A program made the position numbers and the translations under genes. A stretch of DNA of 64,000 nucleotides from an uncultured Ectothiorhodospiraceae bacterium (GTDB lineage Bacteria > Pseudomonadota > Gammaproteobacteria > CAYFWJ01): NCBI GenBank assembly GCA_964346755.1, contig CAYFWJ010000002.1:5939-69938 (forward strand), written 5' to 3'. The notes beneath the pieces are model-generated. The model made no database searches. It was not told the origin of the DNA and worked only from the letters and a program-made list of their open reading frames with translations. This document shows positions 9,121-17,339 of the stretch, piece after piece; the first letter of the stretch is position 1, and each line of letters starts with the position of its first letter.

Positions 9121-11226
9121 TCAAACCTTCTCAACGTTGCACAGGGCGGATTTGAAGGGCGGGAAGCCACTGATCGGGTCCAGGGCCCGATCGTCGGTCA
9201 ACTCGTTGACATTGGCCTCGGCCCAGCCATGGAAGCAGTGTACGACCCCTGGCTGGAGACGATCCGTTAGCTCGGCGATGAAGCGGACCGCGCCGCGCTC
9301 CGTGCCGACGCGGACGGAATCGCCGGTCTGAATCCCGCGCGCCGCGGCATCCGTCGGGTGAAGTTGCGCGCGAGGGACGGGGTCCGTCGCCGCAATATGC
9401 GGGACGTTGTGCTGCTGGGAATGGGTGTAGGCCTTGCTGCGCCCCCCCGAGGTCAGGACCAGCGGATAGCGCTCGGCGAGGTCCGGTCGGGAGACCGGGC
9501 TCTCGGCGGGTTCCTGATAGATCGGGAGGCCGTCGTAGCCGGCTGACCGCAACTCCTCGGAATCGAACTCGATCCGCCCGCTCCACGTCGGGAACCCTTT
9601 GACGGTATAGAGTCGATCGGCGTCTTCGAGCTCGGCGAGCATCTCGGTCCAGACCGTCGCTCCCTCGGGGTCGTTGAAGGCGGCATCGCGAATGGATTCC
9701 GGGAGGCCGCTGGCTTGCACGTCGATGGCCGCTTGCAGATTGCCGTGCCAGAACGTTGCCGGGTCCTCGAGGCGACAACCGAGATCGAGAAAGATCTGGG
9801 CGTCGGAACGGGCCTCACCACGCGGGGGGAGAACGGCCTCGCGGTAGCGCACCTCCCCCTTGAATTGACATCCCGGATAGGCAATCAGGGTGGGGCGCTC
9901 AAGGGCCGTGGCTGCCGGCAGCACGAGATCCGCGTGGCGGGTTGCCTCGTTGTGGAAGAAGTCGGTGCAGACGCTGAACTCGAGTTGGTTCAGGCCCTCC
10001 ACGAAGCGACGGGAATTGGGAAACATGGTGCTGTTGATCCCCATCGCGACCAGCCCCCGCAGTCGCGTTGATCCCTCACCCTGCATGCAGTCGTTCATGA
10101 GCATGCTCTGGGCGGCAGGCCAGTAGCGGGTCCAGATCGGGAAGCGATCGTCACCGATTCGGGGCGGTAGTGCCTCGATCCGCTCCTGGAACCGGTCGAT
10201 CGGGGTCGGGGTATACTTGTCCAGGAAGAAACGGTTTCCCCCCTGGTTATCCACGTTACCGGTGGTTGCCGCGAGTAGGATGATGGCCCGATGGTTCTGG
10301 AACCCGTTGCTGTGTTGAACCGTGGCGGTTGGCGAGAGCACCAGTTGGGCGGGGCCTTGCGTTGCGTAGAGTCGAGCGGCCTCTTCGAGTTGCGCCGTCG
10401 GAATGCCGCAGATGGCGGCTGTGCGTTCCGGGGTGAAGGCCTGCACATAGGCTCGAAACGCCTCAACGCCGGTCGCCCACTCCCTGAGCAGGTCCTCGTC
10501 GGCCCAGCCATTGGCGAAGATGACATGGTGCATGCCCAAGGCGAGGGCGCCATCGGTGCCGGGGCGGATCTGCAGATGGAGATCGGCGGCCTCTGCCGTC
10601 TCGCTCCGCCGGGGGTCCACGACCACGAGGGTCCGGCCGGCTCGCTGATCCAAGATGTGATGGCGCTCGTAGGGCATCACCGAGTGGGGCGGATTGGTCG
10701 ACCAGACTATGAGTGTCCGGGTTTGGGGCTGTTCCAGCAGGCTGGAACTCTTCAAACGATACCCGTACGTCAGCTTCTCGGCGACGAGTGTGGCCGAAAA
10801 ACAGCACCCCGACTCCGTCAGATAATTCGGTGAGCCGAAGGTGTGCGCGAGCCGTTGGAGGAAGGGTCTCGCCTCTTTGGTGTAACCGGCGAAGAAGCCG
10901 ACGGATTCCGGCCCATAGCGCTGCCGCAGGTCTTTGAGTCGTTCGGCGATCGTGTCGAGTGCCTCATCCCAGTCAATGCGTTCGAATGCCCCATGACCCC
11001 GCTGGCCGGTCCGTTTGAGCGGGTACAGGAGGCGGTCCGGATGGTTCTGACGGCCGAGCTGCCCGGTGCCACGCAGGCAGGGGGGGCCCTGAAGCCGGCG
11101 GATCGCCCCCGAGGCGTCCCGTTCGACTCGAAAGACACAATTGGCATCGCACTCGTAACACGTGGTGCGTTGGGTAGGAGTCGGTTGGGATTGGTTATCG
11201 CGGAGAGCGGAGGGGGTCGCGCTCAT
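9121..11226 (-). CDS. Molybdopterin-dependent oxidoreductase, MopB (bis-MGD) family, cytoplasmic, with N-terminal 4Fe-4S cysteine cluster
   Basis: N-terminal CxxCxxxC...C cluster (CYECDANCVF...C) followed by molybdopterin oxidoreductase domains (GCPNCx-like region, HNEAT, a C-terminal molydop-binding beta-barrel). No signal peptide. First gene of a three-gene minus-strand operon. Confidence 0.8.
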   Translation of the reverse strand: MSATPSALRDNQSQPTPTQRTTCYECDANCVFRVERDASGAIRRLQGPPCLRGTGQLGRQNHPDRLLYPLKRTGQRGHGAFERIDWDEALDTIAERLKDLRQRYGPESVGFFAGYTKEARPFLQRLAHTFGSPNYLTESGCCFSATLVAEKLTYGYRLKSSSLLEQPQTRTLIVWSTNPPHSVMPYERHHILDQRAGRTLVVVDPRRSETAEAADLHLQIRPGTDGALALGMHHVIFANGWADEDLLREWATGVEAFRAYVQAFTPERTAAICGIPTAQLEEAARLYATQGPAQLVLSPTATVQHSNGFQNHRAIILLAATTGNVDNQGGNRFFLDKYTPTPIDRFQERIEALPPRIGDDRFPIWTRYWPAAQSMLMNDCMQGEGSTRLRGLVAMGINSTMFPNSRRFVEGLNQLEFSVCTDFFHNEATRHADLVLPAATALERPTLIAYPGCQFKGEVRYREAVLPPRGEARSDAQIFLDLGCRLEDPATFWHGNLQAAIDVQASGLPESIRDAAFNDPEGATVWTEMLAELEDADRLYTVKGFPTWSGRIEFDSEELRSAGYDGLPIYQEPAESPVSRPDLAERYPLVLTSGGRSKAYTHSQQHNVPHIAATDPVPRAQLHPTDAAARGIQTGDSVRVGTERGAVRFIAELTDRLQPGVVHCFHGWAEANVNELTDDRALDPISGFPPFKSALCNVEKV

Positions 11227-11620
11227 AGGTCGTCGTCGTCCTCGTGCGTCAGCGACAAGTGTTTCGATGGGTTAGTAGACAATGGAACGGTGCGTCGATT
11301 CAAGCGCGGTCTTGGGCCGTTTTTTTGTCTTGTACAATAGAACAGGCATCGGTCGATGCGCGCCCGAGGAGAATCGATTCGGCTGATATCGCCGCTCGGT
11401 TGGGTTGCTGCATTCGAGAATGGCACCCGCCGTGGGTCGACCCCACATTCGCTCGATCGGGCTATCCGCTGAGGGTGCGATCGTACCTCGGGGTGAGGCA
11501 GCACGCGCGCGCTGGCGCGATGGATCCCCGGGCGGGTGGTTCTCCGGGGCGACCCGAGACCGGCTCGGTCTCGCAGCGACGCTCGCTTGGCCGGCGCACC
11601 CGCAGGTGATTGACCCACCG

Positions 11621-11647
11621 AGCACGGTGCGGTGAGCACGGTGCGGT
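11621..11647. repeat. Perfect 13-bp tandem duplication AGCACGGTGCGGT x2 separated by a single G
   Basis: Read directly from the sequence in the 0.87-kb MopB/HiPIP intergenic region. Confidence 0.8.
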
Positions 11648-11685
11648 CGGGCCGGTCGCTGTGGGCCGGCTTCGACCGCACCGTG
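11637..11685. repeat. 13-bp perfect inverted repeat CACGGTGCGGTCG / CGACCGCACCGTG with a 23-nt GC-rich spacer, giving a large potential hairpin
   Basis: Read directly from the sequence. The left arm is the second tandem copy, so alternative stems are possible. Confidence 0.75.
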
Positions 11686-12092
11686 GGCTGGGATCACCCG
11701 GGGGCGGCCGTGGGGAGGCTCGCCGTCCGGGGACGCCGTGGATCCCTTCTTGAAGGCTCGTTGATCGCCATCATCCGGGCGATCAACGCACTCGGCGGCG
11801 AGGCCCCGAACCGCCTCGCCGTCTGACGCCGGATCCGATGGTTAGCCGTTGGGTTGGGTCACCGGAGTTAATCAAGGCAGGGCACGATCCTGACCGAGAG
11901 ACGCGAGCCAACCGACAGGTTGGTCTGTATTCCATCGAACTTCATTTGGTGTGACGAGCCAAAAAATTGGGCAAAACGGTTGAACGGGATCTGGACCGAT
12001 GCCATCGTAATCATATGGAGTCGTACTACACTAACGCTGGGCTAACCGCTCAACGGATCCATCCTTACGTTTTCCGATACGAGGTGATGACT

Positions 12093-12395
12093 ATGCATCA
12101 ATCCGATCGTCGTGCGTTTCTCAAGAAGAGCCTGATCGGTCTGGCTGCGCTGCCCTTCGGCGCTGGCGTTCTGAGCACCCGGGCCCTGGCCGCGGACATG
12201 CCGATGCTGACCGAGGACAACCCCCAGGCGAAGGCCCTCCAATACGCGGCGGATGCCAGCGCGGCCGGTGCTCCCTCGGGCCAGGTCTGCACCAACTGCA
12301 TGCATTACAAAGCAGAGAATCAGGGCTGCGCCCTGTTCCCCGGCTACTCCGTCCACAAGAACGGCTGGTGCTCCGCCTGGGCCGCAGCTTCGTAA
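12093..12395 (+). CDS. High-potential iron-sulfur protein (HiPIP) precursor with Tat signal peptide
   Basis: Twin-arginine motif SDRRAFLKK with an AxA cleavage region, then the HiPIP 4-Cys pattern (CxxCxxY...C...WC). The annotated ORF starts at 11967, but a GAGGTG RBS supports the ATG at 12093 (MHQSDRRAFL...). Confidence 0.85.
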   Translation: MHQSDRRAFLKKSLIGLAALPFGAGVLSTRALAADMPMLTEDNPQAKALQYAADASAAGAPSGQVCTNCMHYKAENQGCALFPGYSVHKNGWCSAWAAAS

Positions 12396-12440
12396 GCGAC
12401 GGACCGGCTCGATTCGCAGTCGGCACCTGACCGCCCTTGA

Positions 12441-12469
12441 GGCGCCATCCGCCGTCATCGGATGGCGCC
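12441..12469 (+). terminator. GC-rich hairpin (11-bp perfect stem GGCGCCATCCG/CGGATGGCGCC, 7-nt loop) 45 nt downstream of the HiPIP stop
   Basis: Inverted repeat seen in the sequence. There is no U-tract, so an intrinsic-terminator role is only inferred. Confidence 0.45.
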
Positions 12470-13194
12470 GCCCTACCCATCGGCCAGCCTGACGGGAATC
12501 GGCCGATGGAAACGGGTTTGCCGCTTTTGAAGTGTACTGCCCGTCGGTTGGATTGCATCAATCCCATTGGCATCGAATTAGAGCTCGCCAGCCACCATGT
12601 CGAATCAACTCGCCTCTCTACCTGATTATTATTATCATTCTTTTGCTGGATTGCAACCCTACGCTTAATCCGGTTTAGGTCTGATGGCCGAGTTCCAGAT
12701 AGGGATGACCGCCCCTTGCGCCCAGATGCGATCTGGCTCGTTCGGTGAGATCGCGTTGCAACGCGGGTTGCTCTCGATAGGCTCCGCTGGCCGAGTTGTC
12801 CCGGATCGATTGGAAGGGGAAGGGCTTGACCCTCGAGGCCGCCCGGATAACCGCGTTTCCCCCGTCGAATATGATGACCGTCGGGGAGTAATCGACGCCC
12901 AAGGCGTCGGTCCCTACTCGAGCGGTTGTTGGGGTGCGCTCGGGGGTCGGGATCGGCGTACGGCTCCAGCGATTGACTTGGATCGCTTGGATGTCGTTGA
13001 GTCGTTTGCCGGTCGTGGGGTGGCTGAGGTTGTCGAGGGTCGGTCGCGGGCCAGGCGCGGTGCCGGTTTTGGGCGGGCCCAGCGGGTCCTGGGGCCTTGG
13101 GATTCAGGCGTCGCTGGGGAACGCTTCAGGAGGTGCTACGCGGTTGATTGCCACGGCGAGTTTGGCTCGGTCACGAGGGGCCGGCCGCCACGCG

Positions 13195-13235
13195 GGGCAG
13201 TCCGAGCCGGGGGGTTGTAGCGGCTCGGACTGCCC
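13195..13235 (-). terminator. 15-bp perfect stem hairpin (GGGCAGTCCGAGCCG / CGGCTCGGACTGCCC, 11-nt loop) just downstream of the rpiA stop
   Basis: Inverted repeat seen in the sequence about 30 nt after the rpiA stop codon. No U-tract. Confidence 0.45.
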
Positions 13236-13263
13236 CGGGACTCGAGGCCCTGCGGGCCGCTGC

Positions 13264-13932
13264 TCAGTTAACGGTCTTCTTGAGTTTCCGAACGCCGTCA
13301 TCCCCCCCGAGAAGCAAGATGTCAGCCGGCTCGAGGGCGAACAACCCGACGGTGACGACACCGGGTAGGTTGTTAAGCTCCGCCTCGAGCTTTGCGGGCT
13401 CCAAGATCTCGAGGTTGTGGACGTCGAGGATGCTGTTCCCGTTGTCCGTGACGAACCCCTCCCGCCACCGGGGTGAGCCATGGCGACGAGCGATTTGACG
13501 GGCGACCAGGCTCCGGGCCATCGGGATAACCTCGATCGGTAACGGGAAGCCTCCGAGCACCGGCACCAGCTTGGATTCATCGACGACACAGATAAAGGTC
13601 TGGGCTGCTGCCGTCAGGATCTTCTCCCGGGTCAGGGCACCGCCTCCCCCCTTGATGAGCTGGAGATACTTGTTGGCTTCGTCGGCGCCGTCGACGTAAA
13701 GGGGTAGATCGCCGACGGAATTGAGTTCGTAGACCGGGATGCCGTGGTCCTTGAGCCGTTGCGTCGTGGCCTCGGAGCTGGAGACGGCCCCGTCGATTCG
13801 ATGTTTGACCGGGGCGAGTGCCTCGATAAAGAGGTTGACCGTCGACCCCGTGCCGACGCCGATGATATCGCCGTCATTGATGTATTCGAGGGCGGCCTCG
13901 GCGGCGCGCCGTTTTCTGTCGTCCTGGCTCAT
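13264..13932 (-). CDS. rpiA: Ribose-5-phosphate isomerase A
   Basis: RpiA motifs GVGTGST, KGGGGA and DGADE; 222 aa. Confidence 0.9.
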   Translation of the reverse strand: MSQDDRKRRAAEAALEYINDGDIIGVGTGSTVNLFIEALAPVKHRIDGAVSSSEATTQRLKDHGIPVYELNSVGDLPLYVDGADEANKYLQLIKGGGGALTREKILTAAAQTFICVVDESKLVPVLGGFPLPIEVIPMARSLVARQIARRHGSPRWREGFVTDNGNSILDVHNLEILEPAKLEAELNNLPGVVTVGLFALEPADILLLGGDDGVRKLKKTVN

Positions 13933-14292
13933 AAGCGCTATGCCTTCGACTGGTGGTCGTTCGGACGGGCCCGCAGAAGCGCCGAGTTCCCGTCGCGATG
14001 GATGGGGCGGGTGCTTGGGCCGTTTGCGTCACGGACGTGGGTGGATTGCAGCAACGCCGGTTACGAGCGATGGCGACGCGGTTCATCGCCTCGGCGGTTC
14101 GCTCGTGTGTCACGGCTTGGGGATCGATACCCCAGGGTTCGATGCCCGCTCCGACGGCGGTCGGCCGTTGAACCGGTAGCCGCCCTGGATCCAGGTGATG
14201 CGGTGGTCGGTACCAATCCCGTACACTATCGATCATACCTTCGCCCATCGCCAGCGCCAACGGCGGTGCGGCCCGTACTATACAGGCTTGCC

Positions 14293-15864
14293 ATGCCCGA
14301 TTCGTATATCAAACGCATCCTCAACGCTCGGGTTTACGATGTCGCCATCGAATCCCCGCTGGATCCCCTCCCGCGTTTGTCTCGGCGCCTCGGCAATCCG
14401 ATCACGCTGAAGCGCGAAGATCTCCAACCTGTCTTCTCGTTCAAGCTTCGGGGGGCGTACAACCGAATCCAACGGTTGGTGCAGAGCAGCGGGTCGCCGA
14501 TCGGTGCCATCGTCGCCGCCTCCGCGGGTAATCACGCGCAGGGGGTGTCGTTGGCGGCCCAACGTCTCGGGCTCGAGGCGCTCATCGTGATGCCTCGCAC
14601 GACCCCAGAGATTAAGGTGGATGCGGTCCGTGCCCTCGGCGGGACCCCCATACTGCATGGGGACGGGGTGGACGAGGCCTTCGACAAAGCGAAATCCCTC
14701 CTCGAGGCCGCCCCGGACCGGGTCTTCATCCCGCCGTTCGATGATCCCGATGTGATCGCGGGTCAAGGAACGATCGGCCGGGAGATCCTGCATCAGCATC
14801 GAGGCGATCCGCAGGCGATCTTTGTCCCGGTGGGGGGCGGTGGCTTGATCGCCGGAATTGCCGCCTATGTCAAATATCTGCGACCCGATATTCGGGTCAT
14901 CGGGGTCGAGCCCGACGATGCCCCCACCTTGGCGGTGGCCCTCGAGGCCGGGGAGCCGGTGATGCTTGATCAGGTCGGGTTGTTCAACGACGGGGTCGCC
15001 GTTCGGCGAGTCGGGGTCGAGACCTTTCGCGTTGCCCGTGAGCGGGTGGATGAAGTCGTCCGCGTCACCAGCGATGAGGTGTGTGCTGCGATCAAGGATA
15101 TCTTCGAGGATACCCGGGCGATCGCCGAGCCGGCTGGCGCTTTGGCCATTGCCGGTTTGAAACGGGTCGTGGAGCGCGATGGCCTGCGGGATACCGAGCT
15201 CGTGGCCATCAACAGCGGGGCGAATACGAATTTCGATCGTCTGCGCCACGTGGCCGAGCGGGCCGAACTCGGGGAGCGACGCGAGGCGATCCTGGCGGTG
15301 ACTATCCCCGAGCACTCCGGGAGTTTTCGCAGGTTCTGTCGGGTCCTCGAGCAACGGGCGATTACCGAGTTCAACTATCGCTACGCGGATCCGACGCGTG
15401 CTCACGTCTTCGTGGGGCTGCAATTACGTCACGGCGCGGATGAACGGGTCGCCGTGATCACCGCCCTGCGGGACGCGGGTTATGCCGTGCTCGATCTGTC
15501 CGATAACGAGATCGCCAAATTGCATATTCGCTACATGGTGGGGGGCCATGCGCCCCAAGCCAAGGACGAGCGCATCATTCGATTCGAATTCCCAGAACGG
15601 CCGGGCGCATTACTGCGCTTTCTCGAGACCATGGGAGAAGACTGGAATATCAGCCTATTTCACTACCGTAATCATGGTGCCGCCTACGGCCGGGTGCTTG
15701 CTGGGGTCCAGGTTCCTGAGCCCCAGCAGCAGGCCTTCCAGCGTTTCCTGGGGCAGCTTGGGTATACCTATTGGGAAGAGACCGAGAATCCCGCCTACGC
15801 CTTGTTCCTCGGCCTACAGGAGCACGACCTCAACCTGATCGCCCAAGGGGGTGAATTGACATGA
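14293..15864 (+). CDS. ilvA: Biosynthetic threonine dehydratase (threonine ammonia-lyase) with tandem C-terminal ACT-like regulatory domains
   Basis: PLP-fold region (SFKLRGA, GNHAQG, GGGGL) followed by two regulatory repeats. The true start is MPDSYIKRIL at 14293. The upstream part of the 706-aa ORF (13744-14292) is antisense to rpiA and spurious. Confidence 0.85.
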   Translation: MPDSYIKRILNARVYDVAIESPLDPLPRLSRRLGNPITLKREDLQPVFSFKLRGAYNRIQRLVQSSGSPIGAIVAASAGNHAQGVSLAAQRLGLEALIVMPRTTPEIKVDAVRALGGTPILHGDGVDEAFDKAKSLLEAAPDRVFIPPFDDPDVIAGQGTIGREILHQHRGDPQAIFVPVGGGGLIAGIAAYVKYLRPDIRVIGVEPDDAPTLAVALEAGEPVMLDQVGLFNDGVAVRRVGVETFRVARERVDEVVRVTSDEVCAAIKDIFEDTRAIAEPAGALAIAGLKRVVERDGLRDTELVAINSGANTNFDRLRHVAERAELGERREAILAVTIPEHSGSFRRFCRVLEQRAITEFNYRYADPTRAHVFVGLQLRHGADERVAVITALRDAGYAVLDLSDNEIAKLHIRYMVGGHAPQAKDERIIRFEFPERPGALLRFLETMGEDWNISLFHYRNHGAAYGRVLAGVQVPEPQQQAFQRFLGQLGYTYWEETENPAYALFLGLQEHDLNLIAQGGELT

Positions 15865-16304
15865 GTCCATCCTATTGGATCGCCGTGACCCATCAGAATC
15901 GGCGCGAGATTACCAATCACGCCGGTCGCTGTCGGCGTTTTCGTGCCTATGGGATCGGCGAGGGGCGCATCGTCGAGCAACGGGATTGGGAGATCCCCAA
16001 GGAAGCGACATTGCACGAAAACCACGGCCAGGGGGTGCCGGAGGCCTTCGCGGGTATTCGGGTCCTGATCAGCGCCGGTATGGGACCGGGCCTGGTTCGT
16101 CGGTTAGCAGCGGCCGGGATCGAGGCCTATGTCACCGACACGACGGATCCGGATACGGCCGTTGCCGAGTACCTCGAAGGGACCCTCTCCACGCGGCCAC
16201 CAGGGTGTGCGGAGGATGACCCGGATGCCGCCACGCCCGCGCCCCGAAAGGGCGCCGGTCACGATCCGGGTCACGGGCATGGGGGGTGCGGTCATGCCCA
16301 TTGA
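15861..16304 (+). CDS. NifX/NafY/NifB-C-terminal-like dinitrogenase FeMo-cofactor-binding domain protein with His/Gly-rich C-terminal tail
   Basis: The 147-aa product has the domain pattern (HFGHx-like ENHGQG, then a G-rich ISAGMGPGLVRRLAAAGIEAYV segment) and a C-terminal HDPGHGHGGCGHAH tail. Its start overlaps the ilvA stop (ATGA). Confidence 0.6.
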   Translation: MSPSYWIAVTHQNRREITNHAGRCRRFRAYGIGEGRIVEQRDWEIPKEATLHENHGQGVPEAFAGIRVLISAGMGPGLVRRLAAAGIEAYVTDTTDPDTAVAEYLEGTLSTRPPGCAEDDPDAATPAPRKGAGHDPGHGHGGCGHAH

Positions 16305-16415
16305 TGCCAACGCTCACCCCCGACTCCGGAGTGTGGTGGTGTCCCCTCGCCCCGGTCCGGCCTCCACCCCGGCGGTGTGCGGCCACCGCCTGGCGCGCTG
16401 GATGGGAGGCCCCGT

Positions 16416-17198
16416 ATGAGGCTTGAGGCCTTGTTGCTCGATGTGGACGGGACCTTGGCCGATACCGAACGTCACGGCCATCGCGTCGCCTTCAATCAGG
16501 CCTTCCAGGAAGCGGGATTGGATTGGCATTGGGACGCGGCCCGCTACGGCGAGTTGCTTGCGATCACGGGGGGTAAGGAGCGCATACGGCATTTCGTGGA
16601 GACCGATCGGCCCGAGTGGCCCGATCCCGATGATCCGGCGGCCTTCATCGCCGAGTTACATCGTTCCAAGACCCGGCATTACGTCGCCCTCCTACAACAG
16701 GGGGGAATCCCGCTGCGGCCCGGTGTCGAGCGCCTGCTCAACGAAGCGCGGCGGACCGGAGTGCGTCTGGCGATCGCTACGACCACGACCCCGGAAAACG
16801 TCACGACGCTGTTGACGCATACCCTGGGACCCGATTCCGTGGACTGGTTCGAGGTCCTGGCAGCGGGGGATGTCGTACCCGCTAAGAAACCTGCTCCGGA
16901 TATCTACACATACACCTTAGAGCGAATGGGGCTTCCGCCACAGGGGTGTTTGGCCCTCGAGGACTCGGAGAATGGCCTCACCTCCGCTCGGGCTGCGGGT
17001 GTCCCCACCGTCGTGACGGTCAACGACTACACCCGCGAGCAGGATTTCCGCGGTGCGCTGGCCGTGCTCGATCACCTTGGGGACCCGGGGTGCGATGCCA
17101 ATCGTCTGGATGCGCCGGGCGGGCCGGTGGCTTATGTCGATATCCCGTATCTGGAGGGTCTTTTGAGCCAGGCCAATCGACGGCTGGGGTCGAGCTGA
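16416..17198 (+). CDS. cbbY: HAD-superfamily hydrolase, CbbY-like (putative xylulose-1,5-bisphosphate phosphatase)
   Basis: HAD motif I LLLDVDGTLADTE and a CbbY-like overall pattern. A good GGGAGG RBS precedes the ATG at 16416; the longer ORF starting at 16377 is unlikely. Confidence 0.7.
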   Translation: MRLEALLLDVDGTLADTERHGHRVAFNQAFQEAGLDWHWDAARYGELLAITGGKERIRHFVETDRPEWPDPDDPAAFIAELHRSKTRHYVALLQQGGIPLRPGVERLLNEARRTGVRLAIATTTTPENVTTLLTHTLGPDSVDWFEVLAAGDVVPAKKPAPDIYTYTLERMGLPPQGCLALEDSENGLTSARAAGVPTVVTVNDYTREQDFRGALAVLDHLGDPGCDANRLDAPGGPVAYVDIPYLEGLLSQANRRLGSS

Positions 17199-17339
17199 CC
17201 CCGGGCGCAGGTCCGCTCAAGGGCGCGTGGCTGCCCTGGGGCATTAGGGCGTCGGCTCACGCAGGGTTCGAGGCCGAGCCCCGGTCTGAACCGTTCGGCA
17301 TGAGTGCACGGCCTCTCCCTAGGATACGGCTTAGGCGGC

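Noticed and set aside
11967-12092. N-terminal 42-aa extension of the HiPIP ORF
   Set aside because: The internal ATG at 12093 is preceded by a GAGGTG Shine-Dalgarno and starts the canonical Tat signal peptide. The extension has no RBS and no homology.
12675-12902. 75-aa minus-strand ORF downstream of HiPIP (MGVDYSPTVIIFDGGNAVIRAAS...)
   Set aside because: No recognisable homology and no clear RBS, and it uses several rare codons for this GC content (ATA, AGG, AGA, CGA, GGA). It is kept only as a note inside the HiPIP-flank finding, not as a feature.
13744-14292. 5' portion of the 706-aa plus-strand ORF preceding ilvA
   Set aside because: It lies antisense to the well-supported rpiA gene and has no homology. 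The ilvA homology begins at MPDSYIKRIL (14293). This is a typical high-GC read-through artefact.
14278-15423. 381-aa minus-strand ORF antisense to ilvA
   Set aside because: It sits entirely inside ilvA on the opposite strand with low-complexity Arg/Pro/Gly composition. It is a high-GC shadow ORF.
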